Below, one piece after another: positions 1 to 11,543 of a DNA stretch of 64,000 nucleotides. Source of the DNA: Schizochytrium sp. TIO01. Its lineage: Eukaryota > Protista > Bigyra: Labyrinthulomycetes. The notes beneath the pieces were generated by a model. It did not search any database. It was not told the DNA's origin and saw only the letters and a program-made list of their open reading frames with translations. Numbering within the stretch: the stretch's first letter is position 1; each line of letters begins with the position of its first letter. The position numbers and the translations under genes are program-made. The stretch covers positions 6,190,029-6,254,028 of the forward strand of contig SMSO01000014.1 of NCBI GenBank assembly GCA_004764695.1, given 5' to 3'.

Positions 1-6
1 TTACAC

Positions 7-507
7 TTGCCCATGGATGAAGTTGTCGGGGCATCGTCATCGTCAACTAACTCTAGAAGTCCAAATGGTAAAGTCACCAAAGCACGTGGAGGGCGTAAAC
101 GCGCGCGTACAGACGATACCAAAGAGGCGGAGGAGTTGAGATGTGCAACCTGTCATGTATTAGCTCGGTCTACTACTACTCATCATAAGCTGATGCTGCC
201 ACCGGACGCATTGGAAGAACTTCAGGCCACTGATGGTGCTAATAACCAGCACCGGACTATTAATTCATTCTATGTAGAGGGTTGTGTGGTTTGGGATGCA
301 GAGATGTCTGCACCTGGCGACCCTCCCGTGAGCCGTATGTCAGTGCTTTTGAGTCTTCCAGAGACATTCAATCAGCGTTGGCTATCTGGGTCTCGTAGTA
401 TTGTCAACGAACAGGGAGAAGTAACGCTTCAGTTTTGCAAGTATGTCCGAGGTTTCGGCACTCTGCTCGCAGAGAAACTGCTCGCACAACGTAAACAAAC
501 ATGCTAA
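7..507 (+). CDS. Hypothetical protein, probably the 3' end of a gene cut by the window edge
   Basis: 166-codon open frame with host-like composition followed by an AT-rich 3' region; no family recognised. Confidence 0.35.
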   Translation: MPMDEVVGASSSSTNSRSPNGKVTKARGGRKRARTDDTKEAEELRCATCHVLARSTTTHHKLMLPPDALEELQATDGANNQHRTINSFYVEGCVVWDAEMSAPGDPPVSRMSVLLSLPETFNQRWLSGSRSIVNEQGEVTLQFCKYVRGFGTLLAEKLLAQRKQTC

Positions 508-1429
508 CCTATCACTATAAAACATGCCATTTGATAAATCAAACCGTAACATTTTTCTTTCTTTTTTTCTTTCTTTCACTGTAGCATTCCTAGATCGCCA
601 TGAACATTTTATGTAAACCTTGGCAGACTAATTCAGTAGTCAGTGATAGCTTAATATCTTTCTTCAAAATCCTGCGAAATTATGTATACTATAAAAAGTG
701 ACAAGAAGATTAGCTACACTCACAACATTAAGAAAATTGAGAAATAAATAACATCCATTCAACCTATAGATAGCTAGATCTATGCTCCATGATTAAGAGA
801 GGAGTGTCATCAAGAAAATCACAAGCTCAGGCTAGTAAAAAGTGAGAAGGCAAAAAGAGGTAAAATTATTTAGACAGGAGTTCAAGAACGACAATCAAGC
901 AACACGAGTCTCTACAGACATCAGCACACCATCAGGAGAGCGCATCTGGTGTGGAAAGGTGAGGGACTTGTCATAGTGATATAACAGGTCAAACTGGGGA
1001 GGGGGGTGGAGGTATCATCGAGGTGAACGATCGCCTCGCATGCAGCAGTTACTGTTGTCTGGAGAAATTCTGCAAGCCGCGAATCACTTCCGGCCCAGCA
1101 GAATATCTATCTCAGACAGGATCCTAATGCCCAGCTCTTGATGTCGGTACTGGAGCACAGGAATGTTGAACGTAGCTATAGAGTATGGATGCTTCTGGGA
1201 ACAGACAAGCACATCATTTCCTATATATCAATCGGGAACCTCACATGCAATACAATTTGCAGAGATGCCAATCAACATAGTATCGTCACATCATCATTGA
1301 ATATAATACTCTTCAACTATCTTGTTATCAAACAAGAAGCATAACTGATCACAGTATGCTTTCACTTTCATGAATATAAAAGAGTATACATGAACATAAC
1401 GACCAAAGGTGTATCAGAATTCATCTTCC

Positions 1430-2743
1430 TTAGAAGGTGTTGCGTGCACGGAGTTCCGCAATAGCATCCTTGATGGGCAGCAGGTCAACCTTGCCAGTCT
1501 TCCGGTCCATAAGTTCGACACGAGGGTTCGCCTCATCCAGCGCGTGTTTACCAACAATGATAATGTCTGGGTACCCCACAAGCTTTGCTTCCGCCAATTT
1601 TGCCCCCAGCGATTCCTTCCACCTATCATCTAACAGCACGTCCAACTCCTGCGGCACCTCATCACAGAACTCGCCTGCTTTCTTTGCGTATTCCTCCCTT
1701 GCCTTTGCGTTCCCCGGTGCCGTAACAACAACGCAATTATACGGCGCCACGCACCTTGGCCAGATAATGCCATCCTCGTCCGCTCCTCCATCGGCCTCGA
1801 TCATCACGGCCATAAGTCTTGAAATTCCAATTCCATAGCAGCCCATGATCAGTGGCTTTCTGGTTCCATCCGGGGCCTGGCTATGCGCATTAAACGCCTC
1901 GGAGTACTTGGTGCCAAGCATGAAGGTGTGACCGATCTCAATTCCGGGTCTGACTTTAAGTTCACCACTCCCACCACAGGAGCACGCTGGGTCTGTGCAT
2001 GGTCCACTAGTTGCCGGCGCAACCTCCGTGTTTGCAACAAAGTCTCCTTGTGAGCAAAAAACGACCTGGTCCTCGCCAACTTCTGCGGGCACTTGAAACT
2101 CGTGTGTGAGCGTGCCACCAATGGCGCCTCCGTCTGCGGCAACACGGTCGTAAGGCACACCCAGGCGTTTGAAGATGCGGTCATAGGCGTCGCAGACGAG
2201 ATTGTACGTCTCCGTAGCACAGGACTCAGTCTCGTGAAACGAGTAGAGGTCCATCATGAGGAACTCCCTGCCTCGAAGAAGACCAAAACGAGGTCGCAGC
2301 TCATCGCGGAATTTAGTCGAGGTCTGGTACAATCTAGCGGGAAGGTCGCGAGAAGGCAAGGCACCAAAGGAGGCAACAAGGTCAGAGATCTCTTCTTCAA
2401 ATGTAGGACCAAGGCAGAAACCAACGCCACGACGGTCCTCAAAACGGAGTAGCTCACCACCGTAGGCATCAAGACGACCTGACTGTGCCCAGAGATCCTG
2501 GCGAGTCACGAGAGGCAAACGGAGCTTTTCGGCGCGAAGAGGAGCACGACGCAGCTCGGTGTCAACAATCGCCTCTAGTTTGGAGAGAACACGGTCAGCC
2601 AGAGGGAGAAGACGGAAGATACCGGCACTACTTTGCTGCACGAAGCCACCGCGGAGGAGCAAAGCATGACTACGAGTGACAGCATGCTTTGGAGCCTCCT
2701 TCACGGGACGCAGCAGCAGACCGCTACGGAGCCACGCACGCAT
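1430..2743 (-). CDS. PARS2: Prolyl-tRNA synthetase, bacterial/mitochondrial type (short, no obvious editing insertion)
   Basis: Class II motifs KFRDELRPRFGLLRGREFLMMDLYSF, GIEIGHTFMLGTKYS, MGCYGIGISR, GIIWP, C-terminal anticodon-binding domain (LDDR...G.KL); Arg-rich N-terminal presequence. Confidence 0.95.
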   Translation of the reverse strand: MRAWLRSGLLLRPVKEAPKHAVTRSHALLLRGGFVQQSSAGIFRLLPLADRVLSKLEAIVDTELRRAPLRAEKLRLPLVTRQDLWAQSGRLDAYGGELLRFEDRRGVGFCLGPTFEEEISDLVASFGALPSRDLPARLYQTSTKFRDELRPRFGLLRGREFLMMDLYSFHETESCATETYNLVCDAYDRIFKRLGVPYDRVAADGGAIGGTLTHEFQVPAEVGEDQVVFCSQGDFVANTEVAPATSGPCTDPACSCGGSGELKVRPGIEIGHTFMLGTKYSEAFNAHSQAPDGTRKPLIMGCYGIGISRLMAVMIEADGGADEDGIIWPRCVAPYNCVVVTAPGNAKAREEYAKKAGEFCDEVPQELDVLLDDRWKESLGAKLAEAKLVGYPDIIIVGKHALDEANPRVELMDRKTGKVDLLPIKDAIAELRARNTF

Positions 2744-3553
2744 GGCTGATTAGGAAAGGGGCTGGGAGGTGCTGTAAGCACAGGTGAAGGCACGAGGCCG
2801 GAAAAGCTGGTTTGAAGGCCGGCCGCGAATGACAAATGATTGAACCTTTTTATGGTATTCAGGCAGGCAAGGCAAACAATGTAATGCAATGTTACTCATC
2901 CTTCGGCTATAGTTCTCCCTTCTTTTTGCTGTTCTCTTCTTCTCATACATTACTTTAGGCAGTACTGTTCTTATTCTTTGTTTCATGGTGATAGATAGGT
3001 AGGTAGCTGCTAGTAAATTACTTAACTAGGCACTGAATGTAAGACGCGCGAATGGATAGAATGCAAAATTCAATGCGAAACTCGAAGATTAACGAGGAAC
3101 GATGGGCTTCAGCTCAGGGGAAGTTTCGTCGATTACGCACGGCCGAAGACTTCATATTTTGCAGTTAAATAGTATGCAAAGGTTTGCCTTGATTGCAAGG
3201 AATAAGCGAAAATGCAATGTAATTTTTACTAACCTGCACAAATTGTTGCCGTAGCAAACTTGGTTGAAGTGATCTGCAGAATCTTTCAATGGAGCACAAA
3301 TGGGGTATTCACAAAGAGTACAAGCTCATCAAGAGAAGAAGAAGCAACTCGGTTTAAGCCAAGGAGCTAACCTGGTAACGCAGATAAAGATGAAAAGCAC
3401 TCGATGAAAATAATTAAAAATGACCAAAGAATGATAGAACACACACATTCATGTCAACAAAAACTGATAACAGCAATCCTTTGTTGTGATGTTGCAGTTT
3501 ACAAACTTCAACCAACTGGGCATAACAACGCGAGGTAGGCACTGGAACCCGGC

Positions 3554-4618
3554 ATGCAGGAGGCTGTGTTCTTCCGTGTCTTCCTGCCAGTGGCAGTGCT
3601 GGCAGTGATGCTGGCACCTTTGGCTTCACTGTTTACTTTAAGGGCCATCTTCGCTGAGGATGAAAACCACCGCCACCGCGCACAACAAGCGAACGGCAAG
3701 TGGAATCCACCTCTCGAAAGTGAACTCAGAACAGAAAAACAACTGGGGGATGCAGTATCTGATAATGTAGAGGACATTAGGATACACGAGATAGAGACAG
3801 AACAAACGGGATCAAATGGTAATGCTGAACAACAGCAGCATCAAAATGAAGTTGACCAAGACATATCTGAATCTCAATATGAGAGTAACAAAGAGACTTT
3901 GCAGAGTGATCAGGCCCTTGTAGAAGAAGAATATGTAGAGAATATTCAGGTCGTCGACGACCTCGTGCTAGACATTGATCCACAGGGCGACTCCATGACT
4001 CTCCTGACAGCATCTAAAAACCCCGACGCTTTGCAGATACTCACTAAGGCCCTCGCAGGCCAAATCCCAGAATTTGTTGTTATCTATGGCAATATGCAAG
4101 ATGGAGCAGTCGGTGTGATCTTCCAAGCTTTGGAAGGTGGCTATCAGAGCACTACGCGTGTGGTTGCCGCAGCACGGGAAGTTGCTGTTGTGTACCTGGA
4201 GGAAGTCCAACCAGGGGATGCTCGTGGCACCGGTACTGCAACAGCAGTGCTTTTACCAGAGCTCACTCCAACACCCTTCATGAGAGGGACCCTTGTTCGC
4301 CACCGAGAGCTTGGCTTTTGCGCAATTGTCGTGGAACTAGATCCAGTTTGCCGGGCTACTGAGGAATGGATCGAAGCACGAAACGCTCTCAGGGCCAACT
4401 CTAGTATCGACCAGATCTTTTATGCTGTGCTTGTGGGAGAGCACGACATTGATCGTCTTGCTGATGAGAACATTTTATTGGAGGATGAAGGATTCGCTTA
4501 TGTTGCGCACGAAGAAGTAGAGAGACAAGACAACTGTGTTGTACACCACATTCGGCGGCGAGAGTTCTTCGAGACCTTTGATGACGAAAAGGCTCGCTTT
4601 ATTCCTGTTAAAGTATAA
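3554..4618 (+). CDS. N-terminally hydrophobic protein with C-terminal YccV/HspQ-like domain
   Basis: C-terminus FMRGTLVRHRELGFCAIVVELDP..ATEEWI..QIFYAVLV..AYVAHEE..H..FFETFD matches the YccV-like pattern; hydrophobic segment at about aa 5-30. Confidence 0.75.
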   Translation: MQEAVFFRVFLPVAVLAVMLAPLASLFTLRAIFAEDENHRHRAQQANGKWNPPLESELRTEKQLGDAVSDNVEDIRIHEIETEQTGSNGNAEQQQHQNEVDQDISESQYESNKETLQSDQALVEEEYVENIQVVDDLVLDIDPQGDSMTLLTASKNPDALQILTKALAGQIPEFVVIYGNMQDGAVGVIFQALEGGYQSTTRVVAAAREVAVVYLEEVQPGDARGTGTATAVLLPELTPTPFMRGTLVRHRELGFCAIVVELDPVCRATEEWIEARNALRANSSIDQIFYAVLVGEHDIDRLADENILLEDEGFAYVAHEEVERQDNCVVHHIRRREFFETFDDEKARFIPVKV

Positions 4619-5108
4619 GTGTCCCCATAGGCATGGAAGCTCTACCCCCAATCAGAAACCCTATGTCTGATATAAGCCACCAGAATATAGCACTTTCCCT
4701 GAAAATGGTAGTTTCGAACGCGCAAGGCTTATTTGCAAGAAAGCAGGACAAAGAGCAAATCTTTCATATGTTCGTTTTTGTTTATATGCGGACAATAGTA
4801 CTTCGTCTGCAGTGTAAACTATTATAATTAATTCTGTTTGAGCAAAAAAGGTGGAGCGTTCAGAAATATATCCTTCCCGAGTGCCAAGCAATCCTCTTCC
4901 TAAATCTTTTAATTTCTAGTGCAGACAGGGCAAAAACATTATCTGACACTATAGTATCGGCAATGATGAAATAGGTTTAAAAAAAGTCCGGACAAATCAA
5001 GGTTAGGCTAGGCAATACTTAACTATTTATTTTTTACTTTTGTGCACACAATGTACTTTTTGAACTAATTGTAAAATATTTGCTCCTACGAAACTTTATG
5101 ATCAAATC

Positions 5109-6461
5109 CTATGCATGCGATGCGGCAATGAGCTCATCAGCCTCCTCAAAACCAAAAAAGCGCATCGCGTTAGCAGTAGTCTGTCGAGCGACGTCCGCTG
5201 CCCCGTACCTTCCACCCGCATAGCGGCTGGCTACAGCAAGGCAGACTGCTGGCATAGCAGCTGGTTCATTGTTCCGAGCCTTGCGAAAGCCTGTTGCCTC
5301 AGGAAACCAAGACTTATCAGGCCGCATAAATGGTGAGTCAGTCTCAATCATAAGTCGATCAAAGGCAAGGTGCGACTCATCCGCAATAGCATCGAGTGTA
5401 CCAGTCCCCTCGGCACGAGAAAGCATGCCCACAAAACCAGTGAGGCCAATACAATAGCCCTTTGAAGTAAGGGACACCAAATCGCTCGTCGAACCTGTGA
5501 AACAGTGAATACAAACCCGTGAAGGATCTAGGCGGTCTGCGTATTTGGCCAAGATATCGGCACAGTGTTGTACGGCGCCTAGAGGCTCGCCTTTGTCCGC
5601 ATCGCGCTCCCTCAAATGCACAAAAAGAGGGCGCTTGAGCTCAGCAGCAAGAGCTACCTGAGCATCAAAAGCAAACTTTTGTGATTCCATGGGTGAGAAC
5701 ATACGGTCATAGTCGAGACCACATTCGCCAAGGCTCACGCAAAATGGGTTTGCAGCCATCTCTCGAAGAATTTCTAGCTTTTCCGGATTCACTCCGGAAG
5801 TTTCGTCAGCGATTTCCTTGGCATCGTGAGGATGAACACCAACAGTGGCGTATAAACGGATTGGCGTTTGGGTAGCCCCATCAACAGGGTACTTCACCTC
5901 AAGTTTTTTCAGCGTATCAGGGTCACCTACACCATGCCAGGCCTGGCTCAACTCAAGGCCCTGCCTTGAGCTTTTGAGTGAGCATCCTGTGAGAACAGCT
6001 CGTGAGACGCCTGCAGCCTCTGCCCTTTGAAGTTGTTCCAGAATTTCGACCTTCTTGAACCTGCTTTGGATGTTGATTCCAATATCTACCAGTTCACAAA
6101 CCTGATTGAGCTCATCTTTGATACTGAAGTCCCGCAGAGCTTTTACTCGATGTTCATGATCTTCTTCTGGCCTTTTCTTCTTCTGGCCCGTCGAAGGTGG
6201 CGGGGGCGGTGCTGTGAGTGCTTGGCGTTTATCTTCGGAAAGGTTTTCCAGAAATTCTTTCTTGCGAGCACGAATCTCTCTGATCTGAGCAAGCACTTCA
6301 GGTTCAGGTTTCTTACCCTTGGCAGGTTTCGGGGTAGCAGCTTCCGCAGCTAAGATGGATTGCCATGCCTCAGCTTCTGCTTCGTCCAAGACTTTTAGAG
6401 CTTGTGGTGTAAACGACGCCATTCCTCTGTGGGCCTGCCTTCGAGCAGCCACCCCCAGCAA
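5109..6461 (-). CDS. TatD-family metal-dependent DNase
   Basis: DIGIN, ATVGVHPHDA, GECGLDYDR, PLFVHLRE, IHCFTG, IETDSPF, NNEP motifs; start uncertain (TTG 6461 or ATG 6422). Confidence 0.93.
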   Translation of the reverse strand: MLGVAARRQAHRGMASFTPQALKVLDEAEAEAWQSILAAEAATPKPAKGKKPEPEVLAQIREIRARKKEFLENLSEDKRQALTAPPPPPSTGQKKKRPEEDHEHRVKALRDFSIKDELNQVCELVDIGINIQSRFKKVEILEQLQRAEAAGVSRAVLTGCSLKSSRQGLELSQAWHGVGDPDTLKKLEVKYPVDGATQTPIRLYATVGVHPHDAKEIADETSGVNPEKLEILREMAANPFCVSLGECGLDYDRMFSPMESQKFAFDAQVALAAELKRPLFVHLRERDADKGEPLGAVQHCADILAKYADRLDPSRVCIHCFTGSTSDLVSLTSKGYCIGLTGFVGMLSRAEGTGTLDAIADESHLAFDRLMIETDSPFMRPDKSWFPEATGFRKARNNEPAAMPAVCLAVASRYAGGRYGAADVARQTTANAMRFFGFEEADELIAASHA

Positions 6462-6765
6462 CCCTACTGGCGTGCAAAGCCTCGTCGTGCCGACCTTCAG
6501 GTAACCGACAGCGATGATTTATGTTTTCGTGGCGCTTGTGATTCTAGTTTTGATTCCAATCTTCAAGTTATCTTCTTCATCTGTGAGTCATTTTCCTTTT
6601 CCTTACCATACCTGCATTACTAACTTCTAAGCGCGTTTATTATGACAGAACCAACCCAGAACCGTACCAGAACGATACGAGATGAAGGCAGAAACAAAAA
6701 GCTCGCGGAAGACACCTCCTCCAGGCCTTGTTTTTGGAGGATTAGTAATTATGGAATCGGTTTGT

Positions 6766-7656
6766 TTAAGACAGGATCAGCGAAAGACTATGTGATTGTG
6801 AAAAGATCCACAATGTAAGAAGACTTGTCGTTCCCTTTTTCATTCCGAGACACCTAGTACAAATGGGCGTTTGTTCGTCCTTTCTTAACTTTCGTGGAAC
6901 TACGCAATCACCAATCAATAAGATTCTTGTGAATGTGCATTTTAAATACAAACAAGTCGATCAACATAAGCAAAAACATACCAGACAAAGTAGAGGTAGT
7001 GGAGGTTGAAGATGGTTTTATAAAGCTGGAGAACCTGGCTGTCTGAACGGTAACATTCTGGTTGAGTTGAGATGGACCATCATCTATCACCTTATGCTTG
7101 TCGGAATAAACACAAGAAAGGAAACTGCAAATAACCTTTTTGTTCTCTCGAGAAGCTAGATTGTAAAAACTTTATGAACTACCAAACTACATGAAAACCT
7201 GGAAGAATTGATCCAAGAATCCAAGGGAACCACTTTGATGTATGATTTATATTTGGGTAGATCTTGGCGCAATGTGGTGGTTAGCATATAAATTAACCAA
7301 GTCCATATCACTAACGCAATTTTAAAAATTATGCAACGATAAATGATTACAGCACTTGCTCTTTCTGGTCCTACTTCAATATTCCATTTTGCTGTTCCTT
7401 TGAGGTTTTTTTGAACTTGGAAATCATTTAATGACATGAAAGTAACGTACTCATTGTTACTGACAAGGTTTATTATGCCGGACTCGTTGAATAGTTTGCA
7501 TATGCATGATAATTTACTGTGTGATAGTCCCTTGCAATGAGAATTGACCTGACATGGTAGCCAGCAATCATTGAAAAGACAAACGTTAGGCAATGAGATT
7601 ATCAGGTTGCCATCGGTGAGTGCCGTGTGATTAGAGGGTCCTTTCAATGAGCTCAT
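6766..7656 (-). pseudogene. Cys-rich unrecognised ORF broken into several frames
   Basis: ORF 7156-7656 is followed by shifted-frame fragments 6908-7090 and 6766-6951; TATTTATTTAA lies 9 nt upstream of the ATG. Confidence 0.4.
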
Positions 7657-7841
7657 TAATTCGGATTAAATAAATAAATTTAAAGAATTTACCACTGATT
7701 GGTTGATTAATTTTTTGCCTATTTGTCAACGCTGCTGTTATCGATAAGCCAAATAAATGAATGAATGTATAGTAATATACTTTATATGTAAATATAAATA
7801 TTAGATTTGAAGATGAGTCTGGCTTTGTTATTACTATACTC

Positions 7842-8160
7842 ATGCAAAAGTCATTACCTAACCATGGATTTATTCCTGTGGTCACAGGCCCCACATCTGT
7901 ATCTCTGATAGAAGTGAAAAATGTTGACTACTTCGTCGATGTGTTGCGTATTTTCTTCAAGGAGGGTACTGCCTTTGAGGAAGCAATGAATCTTGCATTC
8001 TTGCATCGTAGACACGACTATATCGACCAACACTTTGAAATATCAACTCGCGCGACGCGTAGGCATATTGTCGATAAACATACTATGAATAGGAAGGAAT
8101 CAGAGTTTCCTTCTGCATGCTCTCCAAGTCTTGATCATCTGGGTTCGCACGGTAGTTTGA
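7842..8160 (+). pseudogene. Unrecognised ORF, apparently 3'-truncated where it meets the opposite-strand gene
   Basis: ATG after an AT-rich divergent promoter region; the frame runs head-on into the coding sequence of 8100-9230(-). Confidence 0.3.
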
Positions 8161-9230
8161 ATGTGGTTCCTAAAATCTGCAATAATGGTGCGCAGGTATC
8201 CTACATTAGAGCTGGATGAATATCCAAAGTTTGATTCATCAAATGGCCCCCATGATTGTGCAGGATTATAGCCAAGCTCCTTAAGAGTATTTTTAAGAGT
8301 TGCTTCAAGTGTATATGTTTGTTTGTTTGTCATTGTCTGTGGAGATGTAATTGGAGCCTGTGTTGGCACAGGGAGTGTTGTGGGTGATTCAGATGGCATG
8401 TAAGTAGGATTAGATGTGGGCACAACTGGCGCCTTAGTTGGATAAGTCGTTGGGTTTGTCGACTCATCGCTTGTCGCTTGCTCGATTGCTGTTGTGACAT
8501 CAAAAGAACTATAGTCCCCATCGTCACTTTCATAGTCTTCTTCATCTTCTTCATTGTCACTTTCATAGTCTTCTTCATCATCTTCTTCATCGTCTTCTTC
8601 GTCATCTTCTTCGTCATCTTCTTCATCGTCCTCTTCATCATCATCAGTCGTTGAGTTAGAAAGAACATCAGATGTTTGTAAATTACGCCTTGATCCGCCA
8701 AGACCACGAGTCAATGTGTTATCGTCACCATGGGTGGGGTTTTCTTCATTCAAAATGCTTAGTCGGCGTCCTAGACCACCGAGGCGCCTGCGACTGCTAT
8801 CACCTGAGCTATATTCTCCACCAGATGATGCATATGCACTTGAGTATGCAGAGCCACTGCTGCTGCTGCTGCTGCTGCTACTACTACTACTACTACCACT
8901 TGAACCGGATGAATATGAATCATCTCCAGTACTTGTATATTCATTAGACTCACTGTACCCCGATAGATACTCACCGTCATAGTACGCTGAATAGGCATCT
9001 GAGGATGCAATTGAAGATGCGGCACTAACACCTACAGACGCACCAATCGCAATGCAAATAATGAGAAAAAGAATAACGCAAGCCACGATCCCGTGTTCGT
9101 GAAGTAATGTTTTGAAAGAACCCCAGCATCCTTTTTCTCTGGATTCTCCTTCATTGGAGGCGACAATCCGCATTCCACGTCGCCCCCCACGATTTGAAAA
9201 CCCACCATGATGTTGCTGGGACCTCTTCAT
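8100..9230 (-). pseudogene. Type II membrane mucin-like protein; truncated paralog of the M11-like peptidase at 9404-11374
   Basis: TM IVACVILFLIICIAIGASVGV, poly-Ser, (DDEE)n, PTxxPT repeats, then LGYNP...NFG...GYLRTIIADFR aligning with LGYSP...DFG...GYLRTLVPDFK of the neighbour; ends shortly after, with no protease domain. Confidence 0.65.
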
Positions 9231-9403
9231 AAGTACTTACTTAAATAAATACTTTTTATCGCTTATATCGCGCTTATGATTATCTCTCTTTTGAAGTCTA
9301 TGTATGGTTTTCAGCGTCCAATGCCAAAAAAATGTATGCGGTGTTACTTTTTAAAACTTGGAAATGTGAATATTAAGTTATGTACTGGTAGTTAGATAAT
9401 TTG

Positions 9404-11374
9404 TTATTTGAATGAAATGAGAATATCCTGCCACAGGAAACGACCTATCTTTAAAGTACACTGATAGCTCGTATTTTTCTCAGAACTTGTTAATTTCTTT
9501 TTGCTTGAATAACTAACTGTCACGGATATAGTTTGATGTTCCATGTTAGTCGTGACTGGTTTTTTGTAAACCAAAACAGAACCAGCAAACTTCAATCCAG
9601 GTCCAATCATTGATGGTAGGTCTTCAACTCCATTAGTGTAAGTACCCCAATCACACACCACAGTTGCATAATTATCGATTGAAAATGGGTCTATGGTATA
9701 CTCATCATAGTTTCTTTGTAATTTCGCAGTAACTGTGGTCTGTGCATACCGAGTTGAACTGCCAGATTTAATCTTTGTTTGATAAATATCATACTGTGGA
9801 ACCCACGTCGTCTGGTCTGCCTTATCATAAGTGACTCGAACATCTACATAGTCTCGATTAAAATCCACCGTTTCGAAACGCAAACCATTATGATGAGTGT
9901 AATTCTTACCGAATGTGGTAATTTGTGTGGCGTGGTTCCTAGGTTTTGATTTTGTATTGCCAGAGGCAACATGAAACACACACCCCATTCCATCTCCATG
10001 TGCATTGTCACCCTGGTCTTCCTCATATGTTGAGCTAAAAACCTTTGGATATCTGTAAAATGAGAACCATGATTCAGAGTCATACACAAGGTCTCGATAA
10101 AAGAGAGCCATGGGATATGATGAATTAACAATTGTGTTCTCCCAAACAGTACGCAGGCGATAAGTATTCCCGGGGACTAAATTGATATAATCGTCTTCAT
10201 CAAACCAGCCAAATGCGTGCTTTTGTGCAGGTGTATAGCCTTCAGGGCCATAGTGATCGATGCCACGAGAAAGCTCCATACCACCAGAGCACGAGAAGTG
10301 ATCTCCGTATTCGGCGAGTTGACCCCAGCGCCCATCATCGAGTCTTTGGAAGAGATGGTTGTGATTCCATTGAAGTAAATGGCCATATTCATGAAAATAA
10401 CTGAGTAAACTTCCATTGGCTAATTGAATAACAGCTCCATTGCCTGCACCAATGTAACAAATTGCCGCAAAATAATGCTGGGTGCTCTTGTTAAATACAA
10501 AATTCGTATTATCCTTCTTTGCAAGTGTGAGTAGTTTCTTACGAACTAAGACACATCTGCCTTTAAATGAGCTCTTTTTTGCCAATGTGTATCTCTTGAA
10601 TCCCTAATCACCGTTATTTTTTATTGAATATGTGTAGTTTGACCAAAGTGCCATTTTATTCACGAAATAAGCCCAATAGTCATCATCACTGATAGTATTA
10701 TCAGTAGATTCTGGGTAGCCAATCATAGAGTAAGTAATGTCTTTAAAGTCAGGAACTAAAGTTCGGAGGTATCCATAGTCAGAAAGCTTAAATCTACCAA
10801 AGTCAGAGACGTTTCCTTGTTCTAAATATGGACTATACCCAAGGGCTGATTCTGTATTGACGACACGAAATTCAACATCACTGTGAGTTTTACTATTTGT
10901 TAGGTCCACGACTGTAACATCAGATGGGTTAATTGTTGGATATGCAGTTGGTTTGCTCGTCGGTGTGGTCGGGGCTGATGTTGATGTTGATGTTGATGAT
11001 GTTGGCTTTGCCGTAGGTTTAGAGGTTGGCGCTGATGTTGCGACTTGAGTTGTATAATCATCTCCGCTGCTGCTGCTACTACTGCTGCTACTACTGCTGC
11101 TGCTGTAAGTTTCACTTGTATAGTCATCCGAGGAGTAAGCAGAGGAGTCTGATACTGTTGATGTACTAGAAGACTTCGATGACGAGGAGCTACTTGAAGA
11201 AGACTCCGTTGTTGTGGTTGATGAGTTAGAAACCACAACTCCTGTTACAGTCCCAATTAATATCACTAAAAATGCAACAAATGCAAGTGTTCTTTTTGTT
11301 TTGTAGCTCATTCTGTGATCAGATTCGTGTTTAGAATGAGCTTTTTTAACATCGTGGTACTTTTGTTTCGTCAT
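9404..11374 (-). pseudogene. Membrane-anchored gametolysin/M11-like metzincin with one in-frame TAG
   Basis: ORFs 10604-11380 and 9404-10585 are in frame (...AAC GGT GAT TAG GGA TTC AAG...); HEYGHLLQWNH zinc motif, EYGD.FSC and YTPAQKHAFGW resemble M11; N-terminal TM, Ser-rich stalk and PT repeats. Confidence 0.7.
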
Positions 11375-11543
11375 GTACAAAAATTAACAATAATATTAAA
11401 ACAATAATTAAGCTGAATCCTTGTTATTTTTTTTTAAGAAGCAATTTTATGTACACATAGATGTGAAATTCATCTTTCATGATATAAACTAACTACAACT
11501 TATGTATCGAGTTCAAATAATATAAATTACGAATTATCATCAC

